23,770 nt of DNA from Bdellovibrionota bacterium FG-2 (GTDB lineage: Bacteria > Bdellovibrionota > UBA1018): NCBI GenBank assembly GCA_051382305.1, contig JBBCAV010000159.1, positions 1 through 23,770 on the forward strand. Reading direction: 5' to 3'. Position 1 is the stretch's first letter; each line of letters starts with the position of its first letter. Below the pieces are notes generated by a model, which searched no databases, was not told the DNA's origin, and saw only the letters and a program-made list of their open reading frames with translations. A program made the position numbers and the translations under genes. This document shows, piece after piece, positions 19,106 to 23,770 of the stretch.

Positions 19106-19411
19106 GTGATTCGGGCCGTTCAAACGACAAAACGCGCACTGAGGAGTTTGGCAAAGGCTCCAAGACATGTTGTTGCCAAGTATATGCTTTGGCGTTCTCA
19201 GGTCGTTAAGAATGGTTTGGAAACTGTGCAAAAGATCCAAAGTTACCACGATGAGCCTTTAACAGGGAAGCTCAAGGGCGTTAGGTCAATCAAGCTCAGT
19301 GATGGATATCGCGCTTACTACCGGATCATGCATGAAGAAGTAATTTGCGTAATTGTCGAGGAGGTAAATAAACATGACTACAAAGCGATCGAAAGGCTCT
19401 TTGGCAGCTAG
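19106..19411 (+). CDS. RelE/HigB-like type II toxin (mRNA interferase)
   Basis: YHDEPL.GKLKG.RSIKLS..YRAYY...VEEVNKHDY; basic ~101-aa protein upstream of an HTH gene. GTG 19106 coincides with the predicted transcription start. Confidence 0.87.
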   Translation: MIRAVQTTKRALRSLAKAPRHVVAKYMLWRSQVVKNGLETVQKIQSYHDEPLTGKLKGVRSIKLSDGYRAYYRIMHEEVICVIVEEVNKHDYKAIERLFGS

Positions 19412-19715
19412 ACGTGATGCCCGTGAAGTTGTTTCCTTAGAGGCGATCTTGGGTGGTCCGCTGACGCTGGGTCTGGCCCTTGAAGGATTGCGCCATGGAG
19501 AGGCGTTGTCTTTGTCCGCGTTTGCGCGAAAACTCGGCCTTTCTTCTCAAAAGCTTTGCGACATCGAAAAAGGCCGCCGACACGTTAGTCCAGAGCGTGC
19601 TGCGGGGTTTGCCCTTCGACTTGGGCATCCGATTTCGAGTTTTGTTCGACTTGCGCTGCAGGACCAAGTTAACCAGGGTGGGCTCAAGCTGAAAGTCAGC
19701 GTGGACGCTGCCTAG
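19374..19715 (+). CDS. XRE-family HTH antitoxin (HigA-like)
   Basis: LS..AFARKLGLS.Q.LCDIEKGRR.VSPERA..FA..LG; GGAGG RBS inside the toxin gene; overlaps the toxin. Confidence 0.9.
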   Translation: MTTKRSKGSLAARRDAREVVSLEAILGGPLTLGLALEGLRHGEALSLSAFARKLGLSSQKLCDIEKGRRHVSPERAAGFALRLGHPISSFVRLALQDQVNQGGLKLKVSVDAA

Positions 19716-19807
19716 ATCGCGCGGGATCTGCATGCATTGATGGCCGCGTCTTTTTCGGCAATCAAGTGCGCTGGAGGAGGTTTTGAGAACTCAAGCGATC
19801 ATGTAGA

Positions 19808-20218
19808 TTAGAATGCCAAAGTACAGGAAAAATCAGTTCTCCCTGCATTGAACTCCACAATTCAAAGAGCCGAACGAACTTCGATAGAGCAATTTTGAGA
19901 CTCGCACGCGGAACTAATTCCGCTATCTTTCAGTGCGACGAATAAGGCTGTCGCGGCTTCTCCGTCTACCTTCTGCGCGACCCAGGTCCCGCGCTCTACG
20001 CTAATCGAACAGGTGCTTGAGTCGGATGCTGTATTAGTGCATTGGATGTCCCGGGCTTGCAAAGGGCACCCGCTTGAATCGCAGTCTGAAGGTGCGCCTG
20101 CTTTCGAGAGAGCTATGAATAGAGATTCAGATAAAGTACCCGCCGTCTTGATCTCATCTCCCAGTGCGGACAGGGAAAAACAAGCTATCAAAAAGAACAA
20201 TGGCAAATTGAATCTCAT
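19808..20218 (-). CDS. Secreted Cys-rich two-repeat protein with an in-frame TGA at 19862-19864
   Basis: GAGGAG RBS and signal peptide (SALG). Two internal repeats G.....LF.AL...G....C....C........C...C. The frame continues 17 codons past the TGA to TAA 19808. Confidence 0.75.
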
Positions 20219-20362
20219 ATAAACTCCTCAGAAGGCAAACTTATGGCTTTTTAATATGCCACGGTCAAGTGAATTTGTCTTGGCTCCAAACTGGCATCTT
20301 GTTCGAAAACCTTGTGTTTGAGCTGAGCTCTGTTGGCAATACGAGAGCACACTTGAGGAAGG

Positions 20363-20576
20363 CTACGAACGAAACCCTGCGTTCCCTAGGATTAGCAGGA
20401 GTTCATCAAAGCTTTCTTCTTCACTTCTACCGCTGGTGTCCAGTTGCAATCTTTCATGAGGCCATTCGTGATAATCTTGGGCTAGAACCTCTCGCCACGA
20501 TGGAAGCTTTAGACCGGCCACCGACGACTCGCGAGTTTCAACACGCTTCTTATGTTCCACTTTGTCCGAACAAATG
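20363..20576 (-). pseudogene. C-terminal fragment of an AAA_33-like P-loop kinase
   Basis: ICSDKVEHKKRVETR...GLKLPSWREVL..DYHEW...RLQLDTS..S.EE resembles the lid and C-terminus of that family; the P-loop half is missing. Confidence 0.65.
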
Positions 20577-20960
20577 TACCCCCGATTGGGTTGCAAGACC
20601 AACCGAGACAAGAAACTCCAAGACCTCGGTTACAGTTTTATAAGATAGACGGAAATAGTGGCAAAGGGTCTCTCGCGTTGTAAGTGCAGGAATGGTAAGG
20701 GCCACATGAATCGCGGCAAAGTACCAAGCGCTATAGTAGATTGCTTGATCCTCTCGACTCAGGGAATCTTTCACTGCCACTCGATCTTTAATGAGAAGGT
20801 GCTTTTCCGCTCAATTGAGCGAGCTCGCGTGAGATAAATTTCTTAAGTTGTGGGGTGTTGCCTGTGTAAACTCGATCAGTCGAAGGAGATAACTTGTTTC
20901 TTCAGGAGAAAGGTCAATGAATCGCGCCAATGCTTCGCCCTGCTGCAGGCTGAAGTTAGG
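20577..20960 (-). pseudogene. Internal fragment of a TIGR02147/DUF4423-like protein with two frameshifts
   Basis: Three frames join to FSLQQGEALARFIDLSPEETSYLLRLIEFTQA / TPQLKKFISRELAQL / EKHLLIKDRV...LSREDQAIYYSAWYFAAIH...VLEFLVSVGL; both ends are missing. Confidence 0.75.
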
Positions 20961-21950
20961 AGTTCTCTCGAGCAGTGGGTAGGATTTTTAAAGGATTATG
21001 GTTTGGACCAGGCCATGTTGGGCGGTCCAAACGGATTTGCTGATTTCCCAGATCATGTTGGGCGAAAAATGTCGCTCACCTTCATCGAGTTGGAGTCAGT
21101 AGAGGATTGCAGCTTGAAAACTGTCGATGTTGTTTTTGAATTCGGAGTAGACAGGGCTTTCTCGCGCGAACACCTGGCAATTGAAGCCCACCGTTTAGGA
21201 GTCGCGGTTCGACTGCCATATAATAATGAAACCTACCGCTCCAAGGGCAAGGTCATTATTCAGGCTTCTGCCTCTGGAGATCAGCCAAACTCAGAGCCTG
21301 AGTCAAGTAACTGGGGCAAACACCCTACTTATTTGCGGCACATTCTTCTTCATGAGTTGGGCCATGTTTTTGGAATGAAGCATGATTCGGTCTCGGTCAT
21401 GGAAAGCGCAGTTGCTGATCGATTATTGAGCCTCGCGAAGTTTGCAGCAGGGATGCCTCACGCTGAAGACTACATCGGAGCAATTGAGCGTCCAGATTGG
21501 CTCTACCGTATGGTCAAAGGCCAGCCCCGCAATATAGGCCCAGGTTACCTTATGAGAATCCCCGATGAGATGAAGATACTGCTCCAGACCAATGAGTCTT
21601 ATATCACGAATGTGATTCTTACACTTCAATCTTGGATATTTGGTCATTCTGTAGAGTTTGAAGTCACGCTGATTGGGGCGTCCGGAAAGATCTGGAGTAT
21701 GCCTGCAAGCTTCGGTTACGTCGCATCAGATCCCCACGGTTTCCTAAGTGGACCAGGGGTATATACGAAGTGGCGCTGGCCCAATTCCGATAAGTATATG
21801 CGAGCTGGATTTGATCGGGGCGCTGATCCATTTCCTGTGGGTGGGGGATTCGTGAATATAGGTGGACATAAGATAGGTGCAATTTTGCGATCAAACCCCG
21901 AATCGCTTCAGCTCTTCTTACCGGAAAGCGGAAGTTGGTGGGTGATATAG
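20961..21950 (+). CDS. Metzincin-type zinc metallopeptidase, probably 5'-truncated
   Basis: HELGHVFGMKH (HExxHxxGxxH) followed by the SVM Met-turn; no signal peptide. The ORF-track N-terminus (20850-20960) is the antisense of the neighbouring pseudogene. Confidence 0.75.
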   Translation, partial: SSLEQWVGFLKDYGLDQAMLGGPNGFADFPDHVGRKMSLTFIELESVEDCSLKTVDVVFEFGVDRAFSREHLAIEAHRLGVAVRLPYNNETYRSKGKVIIQASASGDQPNSEPESSNWGKHPTYLRHILLHELGHVFGMKHDSVSVMESAVADRLLSLAKFAAGMPHAEDYIGAIERPDWLYRMVKGQPRNIGPGYLMRIPDEMKILLQTNESYITNVILTLQSWIFGHSVEFEVTLIGASGKIWSMPASFGYVASDPHGFLSGPGVYTKWRWPNSDKYMRAGFDRGADPFPVGGGFVNIGGHKIGAILRSNPESLQLFLPESGSWWVI

Positions 21951-22045
21951 GTTAGTTGCGAGCGGGAATCTCGTGCAGTGTAAAGTGGATGGCTAGCCCT
22001 TTCCCATCAATTCCCGAAATTGGATAGTGCAGCTTTGCAGCCCGC

Positions 22046-23131
22046 TTAATTCCCCCGACAAAGCTCTTCCACCCGAAACGGATCAACTTGCGTGGGCGCA
22101 ATTGAAATATCCACATACTGTGTTTTTGCTCTGAGTGGGCGAATCGGCGTCGCGCTCAAATATTTCCAGTCTAGGTATTGGGCGCAGATTTCCTTGCGAT
22201 GCTCCTTGAGATGCTGGGTGACTGATTGCTGAAGGGAGGAGACATAGACCGAAGGATTGAGATATTCGTCCCAGTCCTGGGTCGCGTAATCTGAAATCTG
22301 AAACTCACGAATGCGCTCGATCTGAGCAATATTTTTCCCAACATCCCAAAGAATTGCGTAGTGAAACAATTTATTTAGCCAGGCTGGGTCTTCGATCGAC
22401 GCGATGAGATTTTGGTAGAACTGATAGCCCGCGTAATTAGCCGAAAGATCGGCATAAGAAAAAACGCCAATCCCAGTTTGGCCAAGCATCCCTAATTCTG
22501 TGCTTGTACCGAAGTGGAGAGCTTTGGCGTCTTCAACGCCGCCTCCGCTTCTTTTCCAGTATTTGTAGCCAAGCCGGAAGAGATGGCTCAACTTGTCTGC
22601 GCCAAAGCGCACATCGCCTGCCATAAAGGTGGGAGAGGAGAGTTCTCCAGAGATAAGCCGGGCGAAATCAAAAACGAGGGGACTCGGGTGCCAGGGATGA
22701 AAAAAGAGATACCCGCCCCTAAAGTCTCCGTAGATATTATTCTCTTTGTCGGTGCCTGAGCCGACGGAATAGCCCTGGCCTTCGAGCGTTGTTCTCATCC
22801 AACCCTCAACGCGCGCTCCAAAATAGTGGAAGCTAAAGGGGTTAGCTTTGAAAACACACAGACGGAATTTCTCAGCAATTTTTTCATCACTCCCATAGCT
22901 CCAAGGAAACCATGCATTTTGAATCTCGGAGTTGAGCTTGACCCGGCACTTCTCTAAAAACCGGTTGGCATAGTCGTTAACGGGTTGGCTTGCGTCCAAG
23001 GGATTGAGGTTCCTTTGGGATAGCTGATCTGTTTCAAAGGCGTGGCTGGATCCTGAACCGATGAGGAAGGTGGTGAGTGCAAATCCAAAAACCAGCGATT
23101 TTGGTGACATGTCGACGGCTATTTTTTTCAT
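22046..23131 (-). CDS. Secreted hypothetical protein
   Basis: 361-aa ORF; signal peptide ending SHA|FETDQ; motif-like GADKLSHLFRLGYKY, TELGMLG and GVFSYADLSANYAG. Confidence 0.8.
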   Translation of the reverse strand: MKKIAVDMSPKSLVFGFALTTFLIGSGSSHAFETDQLSQRNLNPLDASQPVNDYANRFLEKCRVKLNSEIQNAWFPWSYGSDEKIAEKFRLCVFKANPFSFHYFGARVEGWMRTTLEGQGYSVGSGTDKENNIYGDFRGGYLFFHPWHPSPLVFDFARLISGELSSPTFMAGDVRFGADKLSHLFRLGYKYWKRSGGGVEDAKALHFGTSTELGMLGQTGIGVFSYADLSANYAGYQFYQNLIASIEDPAWLNKLFHYAILWDVGKNIAQIERIREFQISDYATQDWDEYLNPSVYVSSLQQSVTQHLKEHRKEICAQYLDWKYLSATPIRPLRAKTQYVDISIAPTQVDPFRVEELCRGN

Positions 23132-23197
23132 ATATTGCTACGCATCTAACATGGCGAGTTATGGGTGTCAAGCCTCAAAATCCGGCCCTATGACCCC

Positions 23198-23770
23198 CGA
23201 ATTGCCTCAAAATATCTGTTACTTAGATGCGGTGCGCAGTTTTGGTTGAATTACCTGGTAGCGTCACTATCCCGCACTCTGTCAGAATATCGGTTACCAC
23301 AACTTAGATTTTGGAACGGATTGCGGCCGCCACGGAGGGCGGTTTCTATGAGCTACCAGGCCACAAAAGAATACCTTGTTGCGATTTTAAGTCGATACCA
23401 AAATTCGAAGAGAAAAGACAAAACCGTGATGCTCAATGAGGCGGGCAAGGTGACCTCGCTACATCGCAAATCCCTGATTCGATTGTTAGGCGAATCTGAA
23501 GAAGTTATTGCTCGTAAGAAGCCCTCAGGGCGGCACCCGAAATACTCCAGGGACCTGCTCCTGCCTCACATCAGGCGGCTTTGGATCGCCATGGAGCGAA
23601 TGTCGGCGCCGCGAATGAAAGCCGCTTTTCGAGATTGGTTTCCGTTTAACGAAGATCCAGAGTTTACCCCACAGATCCAGCTCATGCTCGAGAGGATGAG
23701 TGTTTCAACTCTTGAGAGATTTTTGAGACTGCTGCGAGGGGAGCTGCGAGCGAACAAGGGGCTTAGCACG
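23198..23770 (+). mobile_element. 5' part of an insertion sequence running off the right edge
   Basis: End sequence CGAATTGCCTCAAAATATCTGTTAC is shared with the remnant at 18014; internal direct repeat TCAGAATATCGGTTAC at 23282-23297; transposase ORF downstream. Confidence 0.85.
23348..23770 (+). CDS. Transposase N-terminus (integrase-core/ISNCY-like family, partial; absent from the ORF track)
   Basis: 141 open codons: MSYQATKEYLVAILSRYQ...K...LNE...T.LHRKSLIRLL...GRHPKY...LWIAMERMSAPRMK...LERMSVSTLERFL...KGLST; GGAGG upstream. The catalytic domain is outside the window, so the family is tentative. Confidence 0.82.
   Translation, partial: MSYQATKEYLVAILSRYQNSKRKDKTVMLNEAGKVTSLHRKSLIRLLGESEEVIARKKPSGRHPKYSRDLLLPHIRRLWIAMERMSAPRMKAAFRDWFPFNEDPEFTPQIQLMLERMSVSTLERFLRLLRGELRANKGLST

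Noticed and set aside
18015..23197. Integron cassette array (TA modules plus small orphan genes)
   Set aside because: Genes are in mixed orientations; I found no repeated attC-like RYYYAAC...GTTRRRY hairpins and no integrase.
23566..23769. Minus-strand 67-aa ORF
   Set aside because: Antisense shadow of the transposase on the plus strand.
1..23770. CRISPR array, tRNA, rRNA or alternative genetic code
   Set aside because: No regularly spaced repeats or structural RNA signatures were seen. TGA serves as a normal stop for fhs, the aminotransferase and the receiver-TPR gene, so genome-wide UGA reassignment is excluded.

Overview
Bacterial chromosomal window. The gene families (a TIGR02147/DUF4423-like fragment, an S8 protease with a CUB-like tail, many orphan secreted proteins) suggest Bdellovibrionota, which is an inference. 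Left part (1-6.1 kb): a lipoprotein, a secreted subtilase, a pectinacetylesterase-like hydrolase and an AAA_14/DUF4143-type ATPase. These are followed by a decayed, diverged second copy of three neighbouring genes that encloses a RelE/Gp49-HTH toxin-antitoxin module, whose two genes are fused in frame by an A9 run. Middle (6.1-17.8 kb), intact genes: an exported protein, an EamA transporter, a class-III aminotransferase, an M42/M20-like metallohydrolase, a PaaI thioesterase, a PilZ-like plus pseudo-receiver/TPR pair, a membrane hexapeptide-repeat protein, fhs and a YgiQ radical SAM gene. Right part (17.8-23.8 kb): an accessory island bracketed by two inverted copies of the same IS end and transposase 5' region. 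It holds a second, apparently leaderless TA module, a frameshifted secreted protein, a Cys-rich repeat protein with an in-frame TGA exactly at a repeat Cys position, a patchwork of gene fragments, a truncated metzincin and a secreted hypothetical protein. No rRNA, tRNA or CRISPR array was seen. All family calls come from motif recognition by eye, without database searches.
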